Shown: in pieces, positions 1 through 13,300 of the stretch
How the letters are laid out: every line of letters starts with the position of its first letter
Position numbering within the stretch: position 1 is the first letter of the stretch
Origin: Azolla caroliniana
Taxonomy: Eukaryota > Plantae > Polypodiophyta
DNA: 64,000 bases
Direction: 5' to 3'
NCBI GenBank assembly: GCA_043228905.1
Contig: JBHGNT010000015.1
Coordinates: 5,270,001-5,334,000, forward strand
Program-made: the position numbers and the translations under genes
Notes under the pieces: generated by a model
The model's database searches: none
Told to the model about the DNA's origin: nothing
Seen by the model: only the letters and a program-made list of their open reading frames with translations

Positions 1-404
1 TATAATTTTTCTAGGACATGCATCCCAAACAAAAGATTGCCATGCTTGTGCATTGATGCTTAGTAAGGTGAAATAACAACTTGCAACTAATAGACAATAG
101 ATTAATAAAAGAATGCATGCGCACCCATATAACTAATTTGTGGTTGGTAACATAAATTAACTCCCAATCTTTTGTTTTAAAGTCCATAAACCCCAAATGT
201 GTTGGTTATGGACAAGGTTTTGCCTAAAGCACATTGTTATTCACAAGTCTCCTCTTTGGATAGAGCAATTCTAAACCACACCAAAGTAAACTATCACAAA
301 AAAATCAACTTGGTTTCACACTAGCGTCCAACTATATTTAATAGTAAGGGTGGGCTACCACATTGGCTAATGAGGATGCTCAAAGAGGTTCGTATGCTTG
401 TAAT

Positions 405-1064
405 CATAGATTGACACATGCGTGATATTCATGATATTCTTCATGCGCAATATTCTCAATATTCGAGAATACGAAATGGCCCCAAGAATATTAAAAAACC
501 ATTCGTTTTGCAAAATAAATATAAAATATTTATTTATTTATTTAAATAAATTTATTTCACCAAAAAAAGAACAATTATTCATTAATAGATTATAGTGTCA
601 AGAGAGTTTATAAAACTTATTTTAATTAATCAATTAATTAATTACTTTTTAAAAAACGAATATTTTTATATTTATTATACAAATATGATTAATATAAACT
701 TTGATGATATGATTAGTTTGAAGTAGTATTTTTAATGTTAAAATAAAAATATACATAAATTTTGAGGGAATAAAAAGTGAGAAATTAATGAGCCTTTATT
801 TTATTTTATTTGTTTATTAAAAATAAAACGAATACTTATAACTTATAAGTTATACATTTATTATAAAAATTTAGTACTATCAAATCCCCAAGTCCCTCTT
901 TTATTATCCCTATTTATTGTCAAGTTCCTTTTTTTTATCCTAGAAATTAAAAAAGATAGAGTTTTTATTTTTTTGAGTTAAACGAATACTTGACCACCCA
1001 TTCATATTCGTATTCGTTTGCATTTAAATGGGAAACCCGACGAATGCGAATATGTCAATCTATG
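405..1064. mobile_element. Non-autonomous hAT-type MITE (copy 1, complete)
   Basis: TIR CATAGATTGACA (405-416) / TGTCAATCTATG (1053-1064); 8-bp TSD CTTGTAAT at 397-404 and 1065-1072; AT-rich non-coding interior. Confidence 0.9.
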
Positions 1065-1131
1065 CTTGTAATCTACCAACATTAGTATAACATTGTTAAA
1101 TATTTAAGTTGTTGTCTATACATATGTTTTT

Positions 1132-2820
1132 TTTATATAAAAGATTTTCTTCAACAGTGTTAAGAATAAAACGCCCGAAGGCTACAACTTGAACCTAGTT
1201 ACCAAGGAGGTTATAACTTTTCCTATACAATGCTGTAAAATACAAGGATGTTTACATTTGTTGATATTCAAGAAAGAGTCCATGGAAGTCGATATTGCCA
1301 TTGAGGTTCTTGAGTTGACATTGTAAACAGGGGCACCTTTTTCCATAAGTGAAGAAGATTTTTCCTTTTCTTGTTCACAGTATCTAGGGAACCCTGCATA
1401 TTGTCATACTGGCCACAGACTACTGCTAGCAAGTTCTCCCATATCTCAAACAACACATCTGAGAGATGAATGCCTGGTTACATCGATATTTCCATAATGC
1501 CAATAATGTTATTGTGGTCACAATTTTCCAAATTTGGACAGATCGCACCTGCTTGCGAGGTTTTTGGAAGGGACTAACTAATATCAATCTTCTATTATGT
1601 ATTGTCATTGCCTCATGAACATCGTTTGCCTCATACAACATCAAGCCAGAGTGTAATACTCCCCACATCGCTGATCCCCATGAGAATAGGCAACCTATAT
1701 TGATTGTTAGGAATAAAGACATGACTTTCTTCCATACTTGTTGAGCAAAAGAACAAGGCCATAAGACATGCTTGCTAGTCTCTTGAGGTTCATGGCAAAA
1801 GCCACATTGCCGCAAATTGGGTGCTACATTCCCTTTCAATGAATGACCAACGGGTAGTGCCATATACACTAATAACCACCGAAAGAGAATAAATTTAGTT
1901 GGCCCCTTGAATGACCATATCCATTTCCTATAGGTTCTCAAATGCAAAGTGGAAACACCCCAATTGGTCCAATGTTTCTGAGTTGCTGGTATCATTACAT
2001 TCTGAGAGAGCTGTAATGATCTTCCAAGTTTGACTGAGTACTGAAAGAAGGGGACCTTTACGATCTTTTCCCCCAAGGAGTATGACCAAAGCCAACCCCC
2101 TGGATCCCATGTTAATCTTGCAACAAGATCTTTTGTGTATGGCCATAGGATATCACACATATGAGAAAATGATAGATAAGGATCAAGAATCCATTTCTTT
2201 CCAGTTTTAGCAACCACTCTAACTGGTGCACTTCGCAAGTCTTGTAGATAACTACAATCAAAGGTATAAGATTGCAATCTATTGTTGTCTAGGACCTCAA
2301 AATAAAAAATGCACCCATTAGGTGGAACACCTTTAACAGCCATTAATGTATCATTTGTGAAGCATCCAAACCATAGATGTTCTTGGCCAGGTTGGAAGGT
2401 TGTAAAAAACGAAGAATATGTTGCTGATAAGGTGGCCGTCATTATCTTGGCACCATGAACTGATTGTAGATGTACAAGTCGATCTTCTTGCGGCATTTGT
2501 TGAAAATGAGTCCAAGTTCTTAGAGATGCAGCTGGCCCATTATCCAATTTACCCCAAGCAAGGTGAGTACGCAGGCCCAATACTTTTCTTGCATTATCCC
2601 GAAATAGAGAATTGGCAAGCATAGGCTGATTAAGTAATGCATCCCAAGTAGAAGGTTTGTCCTATAGCAAAAATGATTTAATCACATCCCACGCTCTTAT
2701 GATTCCTAGCAAAAATCTATTGGATGCAAGATTCCTCCTTGGTGTTTTCATGTCATTCAAGAACAACCACTTTAGAGAGGGTGACCATGCTCCTCCTGTC
2801 TTAGGAGTTAACTGCATTAA
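1132..2820 (-). mobile_element. 5'-truncated L1-clade LINE
   Basis: TSD CTATACATATGTTTTT at 1116-1131 and 2821-2836; T-run (polyA on minus strand) at the left end; encodes only the ORF2 C-terminus. Confidence 0.85.
1426..2622 (-). pseudogene. LINE ORF2 C-terminal fragment (zf-RVT zinc-binding region)
   Basis: FRWLLVYMALP...CGFC...ETSKHVLWPCSFAQQVW and LWKYRCNQAF motifs typical of the plant L1 ORF2 C-terminus. Confidence 0.8.
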
Positions 2821-3399
2821 CTATACATATGTTTTTATTTCTTGTTGAGTTTAAAAGCTAAAATATATGGGGATCCCTAACTTTCTATAATAGATATATG
2901 GACTTTCATATATAACATTGTGGTTCATGATTTTGTATAGAACTATCTAATGGGATCATACATCTACTTTATCTATGTACTAGTAACATTAAATAGGATT
3001 CGAGCTCGTGGTGGTATCATCCAAATTATATGAATATTGTAACAACCATAAAAATAATTTATGCTTATTTTAGCAATAGCTTTGAATGATAAAAAATTGA
3101 TAACTAATAAGCAAGTAGAAACCTCCTTTAAGCATGTACCAAACAAAGGAAGACTAAAGATTAAGGTTGTCCAAACAAAGAGATGACAACCTGTGAAAGA
3201 CAATAGCGATAAAAGTATGATAGTACTGTATACAAGGTAGTGCACAAGAATGCATGAGGGGTGAATGTATCACCATTAGAAATGGGGACAACTTTTGGAT
3301 GTATGTTATGCATATATGCCCAAAGTTTAGGAAGACCTCATGCATAATGGATGATTGTATATTGTGCATGAAAATCGGCGCCAACGTGGAGCTTGTAAC

Positions 3400-3854
3400 T
3401 ATTATAGATCTTGGTACTAACGTAAGCTTAAGATAAGGATAATGAAAAGATAGATAGAAAGGAGAAAGAGAAAGAAGGGTACCGATCCACCCGACCACCC
3501 CCGAGCGAAGGGATCGAGACGGACTCGAGCCTCGATCGGCGTCCCATACCACCGCCGTGGCGTCGAGTCGTACCTGGTGCTGGCGCACTCGCTACAAGAG
3601 TTGACCCACCACACGAGCAGAGTCTCGATGTAGTCAAAAGATGATCAAATGAGGGTAGCTAGGCCTCTTATTTATAGCGAAACCCAAGGCCCCCAGGCAA
3701 GTTCACACTTGACCTAATGGGTTGTCTCAATCCCGAGGATTAAAAGTAATCCTCCCCTTCTTTACACTCTCATTTAACCCTCACACTTATCCACGTGTAT
3801 AGAATACTACGGTAAATTCTTACCACGGGATATTATATGGTCATGCTCGTAACA
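3400..3854 (-). repeat. 3' LTR of Gypsy A
   Basis: Direct repeat of 9963-10417; termini TGTTAC...TATAATA on the element strand. Confidence 0.95.
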
Positions 3855-6800
3855 TACTCCCCCTCTTTAAAACATTGCACTCTTGCAATGGAAAGTTAGG
3901 GAAGTTAGTTCTAAGAGTATTTTCGCGTTCCCATGTGGCATCTTTTATTGATTTATCCATCCATTTTATTTTGAATTCTCGGATTTCTTTAGTACGTAAT
4001 TTTTTTGTTTTAACATCGAGAATTCTTTCTGGTACATGTGGTTTAGAAGATAATTCTTCAGAAGTAACCAGAGTTTCAGTCGTAACTGTATTGTCGCAAG
4101 AACCTAGAAGTTCTTTTAGACGACTCACATGAAAGACTGGATGAATTCCGACACCATCGGGAAGAGCGAGACGATAGGCTGATGACCCAATGCGTTTGAG
4201 GACTATAAAAGGTCCACAAAACCGTGGGGCTAACTTAGCGCACTTACCCGTAGACAATGTCTTAGAATTGTGAGGTACACGTAAAAATACCTTCTGTCCA
4301 GGGTTGAATACACGAGGTTGCCTATGATGATCGGCATAAAAACGCGCTCTATCTTGAGCTGTTTTTATATTATCTCGTGCAATATGCAACATATCTTGCA
4401 TATCCCGAAGAAAGTTTTGCGTACTTCGCAACTCATCATGATGTATATTAACATCAATCGGGGCTCGTGGCTGAAAACCATACATCAACATAAAAGGACT
4501 ATATCCCGTTGACGTATGCTTGGAGCTGTTATAAGCAAACTCCAAAATTGGGAGATAACGTTCCCATTTTGTTGGTTTTGCACCAACGTATGCTCGAAGC
4601 ATGTCCTCAATAATTTGATTTACTCGTTCTGTCTGTCCATCGGATTGAGGATGATCCGTGGAGCTCATGCTCAACGTAGTTTCTAACTTCTTAAAGACTT
4701 GTGTCCAGAAGTCACTAGTAAACTTTGGATCTCGATCACTCACGATATCCATCGGTAACCCATAAAAACGAAACAATTCGTCAACAAATTGGTAAGCCAA
4801 TTCAGGAGCTGTTACCGTGGTTTTAGTAGCAATAAATCTGGCCATTTTAGTTAGTCGATCAACGACAACCCAGATGGCATCATGACCTTTTTGGGTGCGA
4901 GGAAGGCTAACAATAAAATCCATGGATATACTTTCCCACTTATTATTGGGAATGTCCAAGGGATGTAAAAGTCCTGCGGCTTTAAGTCGCTCGACTTTGT
5001 TAACCTGACACTGGTGACATTTAGTCACATAGCTATGTATGTCAGGACGCATCTTAGGCCAATAAAATTGAGTGGAGATGAGAACGAGTGTACGATGTAT
5101 TCCAGGGTGCCCTGCTGAGGGTGCATCATGGCATTAAAAAAGAATCCTCTTTTTGACCTCGGGTAAATCTGGAACACAAACCTTCCCATTACGGTAGAGC
5201 AAACCGTTAGCAATGTGGAAGTATTCCTTCAAGGATGTGGTGGTGTCTGTTCCAGACTCAACTCTAGCCCAGTATTTTGCGAAATAACTGTCATCAGGAT
5301 ACTTTCCTCGAAGGTGATCATAAAGATCTGATGATATTTCAGTGAAGCTAAGCGTGTTAACTTCACGGATGCGACTTAGTGCATCAGCGACAATGTTCAT
5401 GGAACCTTTACGATATCGTATGGAAAAATCAAAGTCCTGGATGAGATCAGCCCATCGTGCCTTACGACCTTTCAGGTCTTGTTGGTCACAAAAATATTTC
5501 AAGGACTCGTGGTCCGTAGTTACCACAAAGTGATTTCCATAAAGATAATGGCGCCATGTTTTGAGCGCATGTATAACTGCAAATAATTCCTTTTCTTGAA
5601 CGGTATACCGACATTGAGCAGAATCAAGTTTCTTACTCTCGAATGCTATTGGTTTACCATCTTGATACAAGACAACACCTATAGCATAATCGCTTGCATC
5701 GGTTTCAACCTCAAAAGGTTTTGAAGGATCAGGTAAAAGAAGTGAAGGAGCCTTGCAAACCAGGTCCTTGAGTTCCTTAAATGCAAGGTCTAGTGTAGCA
5801 TTCCACACAATAGGTTTTGTAGACTTACGCGTTTGACCTTTTAAAAGATCAGTAAACGGCATCGTCAATTGGGAGTAATTACGAAGAGACTTTCGCAAAA
5901 ACCCCACAAAACCAAGGAATGATCGAACTTCTCGAATATTCCGAAGAGTGGGCCAAAGCTTGATTTTCTCAATGCGAGAAGGATCAATTTCAACTCCTCG
6001 TTCGGTTATGAGATGTCCTAGATAAGTAATTGATTTCTTGAAGAACTCACATTTTGAGATCTTTGCATAAAACTGTTTGTCACGCAATGTTTGTAAAACA
6101 AAGCGGACATGTCTAGCATGTTCTTGTAATGTACGGCTATAAACTAAAATATCATCCAAGAAAATAACGACAAATTTTCCAAGTTGTTCTCGGAAAATGT
6201 CATTCATTTCTTGTTGAAAAGTAGTCGGAGCATTGGTCAAACCAAAAGGCATAACCAAAAACTCGTAATGGCCATAGCGCGTACGAAATGCCGTTTTAGG
6301 AACATCGTCCTCACTTATTCGTATTTGATGGTAGCCAGTACGGAGATCAAGTTTCGTAAAATACCGAGCTCCCTGGAGACGGTCAATTAGATCGTCAGCC
6401 CGGGGCAATGGATACGAATTCTTGATCGTCACTTTATTCAAGCGTCGGTAATTAATACACATACGCCATGTGCCCTCTTTCTTTTTAACCAAGAGAACTG
6501 GTGCACCCCATGGAGATTTACTATAACGTATATAACCCATTCGTAAATAGTCCTTGAGTTGCTTAGATACCTCATCTTCTTCGGATCGACTTAAGCGATA
6601 CGGAGGTATACTTATTGGTGCAACACCAGGTACAATATCTATACGATGGTCTATATTACGTTTAGGAGGTAACCCATCAGGTAGTTCACTTGGAAAAACA
6701 TCATGAAAATCATTTAAGATTTCATCAAGTTGTTGTTTTTCAAAATATGTTAATTGAATCGGGACATTATCGATATTGTAAACGTGAATGTCCGGATCAA

Positions 6801-8274
6801 GTACACAATAAAATAACGTAGAACAAGACAACTCGGATATTGATGGACACGAGGAAACAATCGAGAGGGATTGTTTTTTTACACATTGAATAAAATGCGT
6901 ACAATCGTTCAGTACAAAAGAAATGGAATGACGAACCCAATCAATAAATAAAGAAGAGTTTTTATTATAAAACCAGGGATAACCCAGTATTACATCGGTG
7001 GTACAAAGATTCATTACATGGAAGTCTACTTCCTCTATATAAGTATCAATAGAAATTCCTAATGAATGAATCGCCCCGTTGATGTATTATACTCTTCCAT
7101 CAGCCAAGTGCACCGTGTAGGTGTGATCACTTACGGTGGGTTGGATTCCCCATATCTGAACCAAACGATCATTCACAAAATTGTGTGAGCTTCCCGAATC
7201 AAATAAAAACTGTACGGGAGATCCATTGATATACCCGTTTGCACGTAGTAAATCATTGGGACCCAATACATAGTGAGGGAAAGAACATTGACAATTACTT
7301 AAATGATGTGTATAGACCTGAAGGACATTAGGAATCTGACCTTTATGGTCTGCAGCTTTAGCTTTGTTGTCGTGCTCTTTCCGTTGGAGCTTTCGACATT
7401 GATCTTTTGTATGACCCTTCTTTTTGCAGAATACACAAAAAGGATGTTGTCGCTTACAATCGCGATCCAGGAATTCGTTGGGTGTCTTGCGTTTCCCAAC
7501 AAATTGCGACTGCTTAGTCCCGGGCGCTTCGTTGGGTTTGTTATGGTCCTTCTTCGAAGTGCGTTGATAGCGAAGAACTATTTCAACGGCCTCTTCGAAG
7601 GATTTTGGATCCTTATCGTGCACTATCCAGTGATAGTCCGAATTGGGGATGCCATTGACAGAACAAGCTATCAACCAATTGTCCCCTTCTAGACCCGATT
7701 TTTGGATTTGGGTTCTAGCATGGTGAACATAGTCTTCTAGCGAGGAAAATTTCCTGCTAGAGAGGTTCATTAAAGCTTGTGCTGCCTCGGTTCGAGAGGG
7801 AGGTTGCAGAAATTGGCCCTTAAAAACCGTGACAAAATCTGTCCAGGTATCGGGCAATTTCCCCATAGTACGGAGGCCACGCCACCAGGTGGCGGCCTTA
7901 CCCCCGAGTTCTCGGCCGACATATGCAATCTTCGTACTATCTGGCGTGGGATAGAGCTCAAAATGAGACTCCCATCGTCCCAGCCATGTGCAGATTGCTT
8001 CTTCGGTTCTTTCCTTTTTGTCTCCGGTAAATGGCTTAACGACAAATGATGGTTCACCTTGTCGCTCATCAGGTCTATTAGTCTCACGTTGTAGACTAAT
8101 GACACGTGCCTCAAGAGCACTTTGAGATTGCCGAAGTTCGGTCATCTGTTGAGCGGTGAAACTAAGGTATTGGGTTATTTGTGCCAAATACATCTCAGTG
8201 GACATTTGTCCAGGAGGATTCCCTTGAGTTCCTTCCGCTTGAGCGGATGACATCGGGTCGTTAATTTGAGCCAT
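3841..8274 (-). pseudogene. Gag-Pol polyprotein of Gypsy A, single frame with two premature stops (~7087, ~5134)
   Basis: ORFs 7087-8274, 5134-7014 and 3841-5052 share one frame; CX2CX4HX4C knuckle, LFDSGS protease, [20 protein letters not shown] RNase H, SMDF/SDRD/DGQTE integrase, GPF motif, C-terminal chromodomain (PERILD...FKIKW...DATWE). Confidence 0.93.
3855..3868 (-). promoter_or_regulatory. Polypurine tract of Gypsy A
   Basis: AAAGAGGGGGAGTA on the minus strand abutting the 3' LTR. Confidence 0.85.
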
Positions 8275-9459
8275 TAAAGATTATTTCTGGAAAAGAAATA
8301 GGATAAGGTCAGAGATATAGTCATAACATCATGTCGTGATGTAAACATATCATGGGCGAGCATTAATCGATATCATTATCTCACGTCAATACCCCTCTAG
8401 ACGTATGAGATGAGGTTCAAGATCAGGTTACTATGGTAACACAAAGGTGTTTTAAAAACCATGGGGGTGACAAATAAATGTCTTTCCCTGATCTCTATAT
8501 CAATTTTTTCATGGTGGCTCCCCGAGGCTCAACCATGTATGTTCGCGTCATGAATAGTTTATACACGAAAAAAAATGTTAACAATAAACTATGTTTCGGT
8601 GCCCACATAAGTGGTTTCGGCTCTTTAAGTCCTATTACGAGGACCCCGAGGTGCACTTAGACCTTAAGTCTAAACATGTGTTATAGTCATATGTATCAAG
8701 GATGTTGTATGGTCTTGGTCATATTTGAACTCGAGACCTCGAGAACAAATACATTAAACACTTGAGCCAACCAAGTAAGTTGCTCTTCTCGAATGCTTAA
8801 TGTTTGATGCGTATAAGAGATATGCGAGGCAATTGATCATATATGTTTTTTTAAAAGAACATATATGTCAAGGTCCTTATTTCGCCCTCATTTACCAAAA
8901 CTATGTTGATACGTTACCTAACCTCAAGTCTCGTAATTACGATGGCATATGCCAAAGGGCAACCTAATGGTCAAGCCAAATGAGCCCTCGTTTCGTAGTA
9001 GGCTCACGTGGGCCATCACATGGTCACGTCATTACGAATGCCTCTCGTAAGAACGAGCTCATGGTGGCATCGTATCCATGTAACGAGGGGGGGATGTTGG
9101 ATACGTGCGTCATTGGAGCGACCTCACTTGAAGTGGGTCAAGCCCTACGTACTCAACATCATTTTGGCTATTCGCGTTTCTTTACGTAACGAAATCGAGG
9201 TCGTCAACGGGGTTATCAACAATAAAAAAATGTTGAAAAAGGGATGGTGACAACGCCATTCTCACAAAAATGTGAGGACGGCCACCAACATCCTTTTCCC
9301 GACAAGGACAACTTTCGATATAATCACGTAATAACGAATATACACATATGTTTACTTATCACATATATACGATCAAATACGTATATATGTGACCACATAT
9401 GCCTATATTAAACATATCGTTATATTAAATAGCCACAAATGATGTGATCGAGATACATA

Positions 9460-9715
9460 ATCGAGGTATATACCTCTACGCACATGAAACATCCACAAAT
9501 AAGAGATCATCGTAATACGCAATGGAGGTATTGACCTCTTACGCATACGAGACCAAACGCATATCGTTTACAACAAATCAAGGTATTAAACTCATACGCA
9601 AACGTAACATATGTTCGTGAACGTAATACGTAATTGAGGTATTAACCTCGTACGCATACGACACTCATCACATATTATTAATATGTCAAACGAGGTATTG
9701 ACCTCGTGCACATAT
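9460..9715. repeat. Five ~56-bp-period degenerate repeats with palindromic core GAGGTAttrACCTC in the Gypsy A leader
   Basis: Cores start at ~9463, 9525, 9580, 9636, 9692. Confidence 0.75.
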
Positions 9716-9948
9716 GTAAACGTTTTAGATAATCAATTAAAGACCACTACAACATCATTGACTTAATGAAAAAAATTACATATAAACTAAACACATGATT
9801 AGATGGGAGAAGAGAGAATAGAAAGAAAAATTATGGAAAGAGTTACCGAAGTTCTTTGTTGATCGTTGTCTGGATCAAGGCCAACCGCACAACGATCGAT
9901 CAGCATCAATCAAAAGACAAATGAAAAACAAAGAAACATTAGTACAAA

Positions 9949-9960
9949 GCTCTGATACCA
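9949..9960 (-). promoter_or_regulatory. PBS (initiator tRNA-Met) of Gypsy A
   Basis: TGGTATCAGAGC on the minus strand, 2 nt from the 5' LTR. Confidence 0.92.
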
Positions 9961-9962
9961 AA

Positions 9963-10417
9963 TATTATAGATCTTGGTACTAACGTAAGCTTAAGATAAG
10001 GATAATGAAAAGATAGATAGAAAGGAGAAAGAGAAAGAAGGGTGCCGATCCACCCGACCACCCCCGAGCGAAGGGATCGAGACGGACTCGAGCCTCGATC
10101 GGCGTCCCATACCACCGCCGTGGCGTCGAGTCGTACCTGGTGCTGGCGCGCTCGCTACAAGAGTTGACCCACCACACGAGCAGAGTCTCGATGTAGTCAA
10201 AAGATGATCAAATGAGGGTAGCTAGGCCTCTTATTTATAGCGAAACCCAAGGCCCCCAGGCAAGTTCACACTTGACCTAATGGGTTGTCTCAATCCCGAG
10301 GATTAAAAGTAATCCTCCCCTTCTTTACACTCTCATTTAACCCTCACACTTATCCACGTGTATAGAATACTACAGTAAATTCTTACCACGGGATATTATA
10401 TGGTCATGCCCGTAACA
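9963..10417 (-). repeat. 5' LTR of Gypsy A
   Basis: Direct repeat of 3400-3854; followed by TSD GTAAC. Confidence 0.95.
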
Positions 10418-11029
10418 GTAACGATTGCCACATGGATGTGTTTTTTTAATGTATATGAACCTCACAATACACTCAAAGAGATCTTTATAAACGAAAGAAA
10501 TGCCCTTCCTCTTCATCCATCACCCATCAATCTCATCTAAAGTCTATTCACTATGTTCTTCGTCGCAAGATCATGGGTTGCCTCGATATATTCATAATGG
10601 TGTTAGTCTTCTGGGAGTTTTTTTTTTCTTTGCTACTCAATCTAGTTCCCTTCTTACTTTTACGCACAATATATATACGAAACAATGTCAAAAGACCACA
10701 AAATTTTAGAAATTTTGTAGAAAACTAAAATACTTCCATAACATTGATTATCCAACACATTTGAAATTTCTATCAACATTTTAATGAAGCAAGGCATCTC
10801 ATTAGACTTTAGTGGTGATATGTTGTGTGATGATGGTTCCTTAAAATCACATTGCTATTGGTCTAGAATGGAATTCTAATTGAAAGGATAACTTGTGAAA
10901 ACTAAGCAAACACTAAGGTTTCCAACTCAAATCAATATGTCCATCGTAAGACTTTTTCCAAATTGTTGCACATTCCATTAAAGTGTACCCCCAAGTATAT
11001 ATACATACAGACACACAATAGGAGTATGT

Positions 11030-11300
11030 TGTTTTCTCTTGGTGTTAATGCATTATTAATACATACCCCATTATATGAGGATATTTTGGATGTCCAAAGT
11101 CAATTTCAAGTCATTATTTCTCAATCAAAATGTCAAAACTATTGTTATGCTAAGATGTAGTACTTGGGGATAGGCTTATAGAATATCGATGTCAAAATCA
11201 TTTGTTTTTTTAAGAAATATGTTCTTCCTATGCTTGATCTAATATGGTATACGTGAAGCAAGGGAATGAATTTATAGTGAATCCAATTGCAACAATTACT
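11030..11300 (+). mobile_element. Degenerate internal fragment of the L1 family at 11473-17223
   Basis: Aligns by eye to ~14250-14520 (NALLIHTPL..LD.QSQ..VIISQ..CQ.Y.YAKM). Confidence 0.75.
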
Positions 11301-11446
11301 TTAAATACGTGAACCAAGGGAATGAATTTATGTGCTCAGTACTTTGAAGTGTTTCTTGAACTGTAATTGTTTATGACTGTAAAGAATCGATGGTGATTCT
11401 TGTGTAGCGGAATAGACTAGAGATATGTGTTGTGAGTGTGTGTGTA

Positions 11447-11472
11447 TGAGAGAGAGAGAGAGAGAGAGAGAG
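11447..11472. repeat. (GA)n microsatellite, part of the Copia A LTR
   Basis: Direct read; continues as (GA)n at 17224 and 18252-18270. Confidence 0.9.
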
Positions 11473-11773
11473 GGAGGAAAAAACGCAAGAGTGGAGAAGG
11501 GAAGAAGAAGCGAATTTGTTTTAATTGCTGCGCTCTCTATCGGTAACGGAATTGAGCACAAAGACAAGCGTTGGAAAGCCCTCAAGTAGAACTTCATAAC
11601 GAGATATAGCAAGTTGAATTTGGCAGTTTGTACGAGAAGCAGCGATAGCAATAAGGAATCTTGTGTTGTCGGCATCCACATACTCAAAACTCATTGTGGG
11701 TCTTCGATTGCTTTCAAAATCTTCGACGTCTTGAATCGGGCGAGTTCTGATTTTCTCTCTTGTTCATGAAAAA

Positions 11774-13287
11774 TTGTTTTTATCCCGGATCGATATAATG
11801 ATGGACATAAACATGAATTCCTCACAAATTGTGGGGGATATTGATATGGAAACAATCGATCCAAAAAAGAGTAATGTGATGGTTGAATGTAATCGTGAAA
11901 GGGAAGACATTGGAAGCTCTAAGAGGTTTAAGGGAATTGAAGAAATTAATGAGAAAAAATTAACATATGCCGAAATAATACATGTAGATAAAGTTGACAA
12001 GGATCATTGTAATTGGGATAATTTATGGGGAATTGCCAATAACTTATTGTCGGATATTGTGGAAGAAAATGAAAATGCAGCGAAAGAATGCATTGAAGAG
12101 GATGTGCATGATGTGGAAGTTGATGCTAAGGCAGTTTTGCAATCATTTGATGTATTCTATAATCGTGCTGTTATATTATTTTTTACCGGCAAACTCCCAT
12201 ATGTTAATTGGATTAAACAATGGTTGAACACAATCATGTCACCAAATTGTGTTGAAAATATATATGTGGGACCATGAGGGTTTTATGATATGGTATTTCG
12301 TTCACCGGAGCATCGAAGTGCATTGTTGGGTAAAGTTCCTGTGTTTTTTGATAAACGATTGGTGCATGTTATGCAATGGTCCCCCGTAGTGGACTATCAT
12401 GCTTTGTTAAAACAAGAATGTCCTGTTTGGGTTACAGTGGATTGTAAGCATGCTTTTTTATGGCCACTTTTACCAGAGTTGGTATCTCCACATGCAAATG
12501 CTACAAATAAGTGCAGATTTTGTGTGTTATGGGATACAAGTCACAAGACGCCAGGATGGGTGCGTATGAATGCTCCTGGTATGAGAAGTCTTTGTTTTAA
12601 ACTGAAGTGGGAGACATTTGAAGGTCATTGTTTTGGATGTGGTGAATGGGGTCACTTTATGGCGGAATGCCACGGTCATTGTCCTTCAACTACAAAGGTT
12701 CCTATTGAAGGGAACGATAAGGAAGGAGTTGGGGAGAGATGTTGGTGTGTCAGATTTTGTGGATGAAGGAACATCCTAGAGCAGGTTATAAAGAGGTCTC
12801 ACTTCAAGGTTTGGGCCCTAAGAATAAGGGAATTGAATCTATGGATATGGAAAAACAAAGTTTAGTGGTTAAAGATAAGGGGAAAAAATCGTTGGATAGA
12901 GCTAGTAGTGATGTTGTTGACAAAGATTGGCATGAGGTTAAGGGCAAGTCGAAAGGGAAATCAATGAATATGCAGCGTAGTAGCTTGCCCACTACTCGTG
13001 TGACTACTTGGCAAGGTAATTCAGGAACTAGGGAGGGCCCTCGAAAAGTTCCTTGGCAACGACAATCTAGGGATAAGGGATTACCCCTTCACCTTCAATT
13101 TGTTTCATTGGGACGAGTTGTAAATTCATCGAATTCTCGAGGTTTTCATCAAGCGGGAGGACCTAAAAAAAAGATTTCGATAGACAACCTTAAGGATGTG
13201 GTGCATGAAAATCCATATGCAACATTGGAGCATGCTTTGACTAGTTTCATGACATCGGTTGCTCTAAAGGAGCAAGTGCTCCCATAA
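11774..13287 (+). pseudogene. LINE ORF1 (DUF4283-like region plus zinc knuckle), disrupted
   Basis: CPVWV motif, CFGCGEWGHFMAEC knuckle; broken into three ORFs. Confidence 0.75.
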
Positions 13288-13300
13288 CATTGTTGATTGA

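Larger units (their letters stand above)
3400..10417 (-). mobile_element. Full-length Ty3/Gypsy chromovirus LTR retrotransposon (Gypsy A)
   Basis: Two 455-bp LTRs with 4 transitions seen by eye; 5-bp TSD GTAAC (3395-3399, 10418-10422); PBS, PPT, and gag-PR-RT-RH-IN-chromodomain order. Confidence 0.97.

Noticed and set aside
7087-7089. Programmed read-through between gag and pol in Gypsy A
   Set aside because: The stop falls inside the protease domain and a second stop occurs in integrase; point mutations are more likely
9460-9715. CRISPR-like palindromic repeat/spacer pattern
   Set aside because: Repeats are degenerate, spacers are partly homologous, there are no cas genes, and it sits inside a eukaryotic retrotransposon leader
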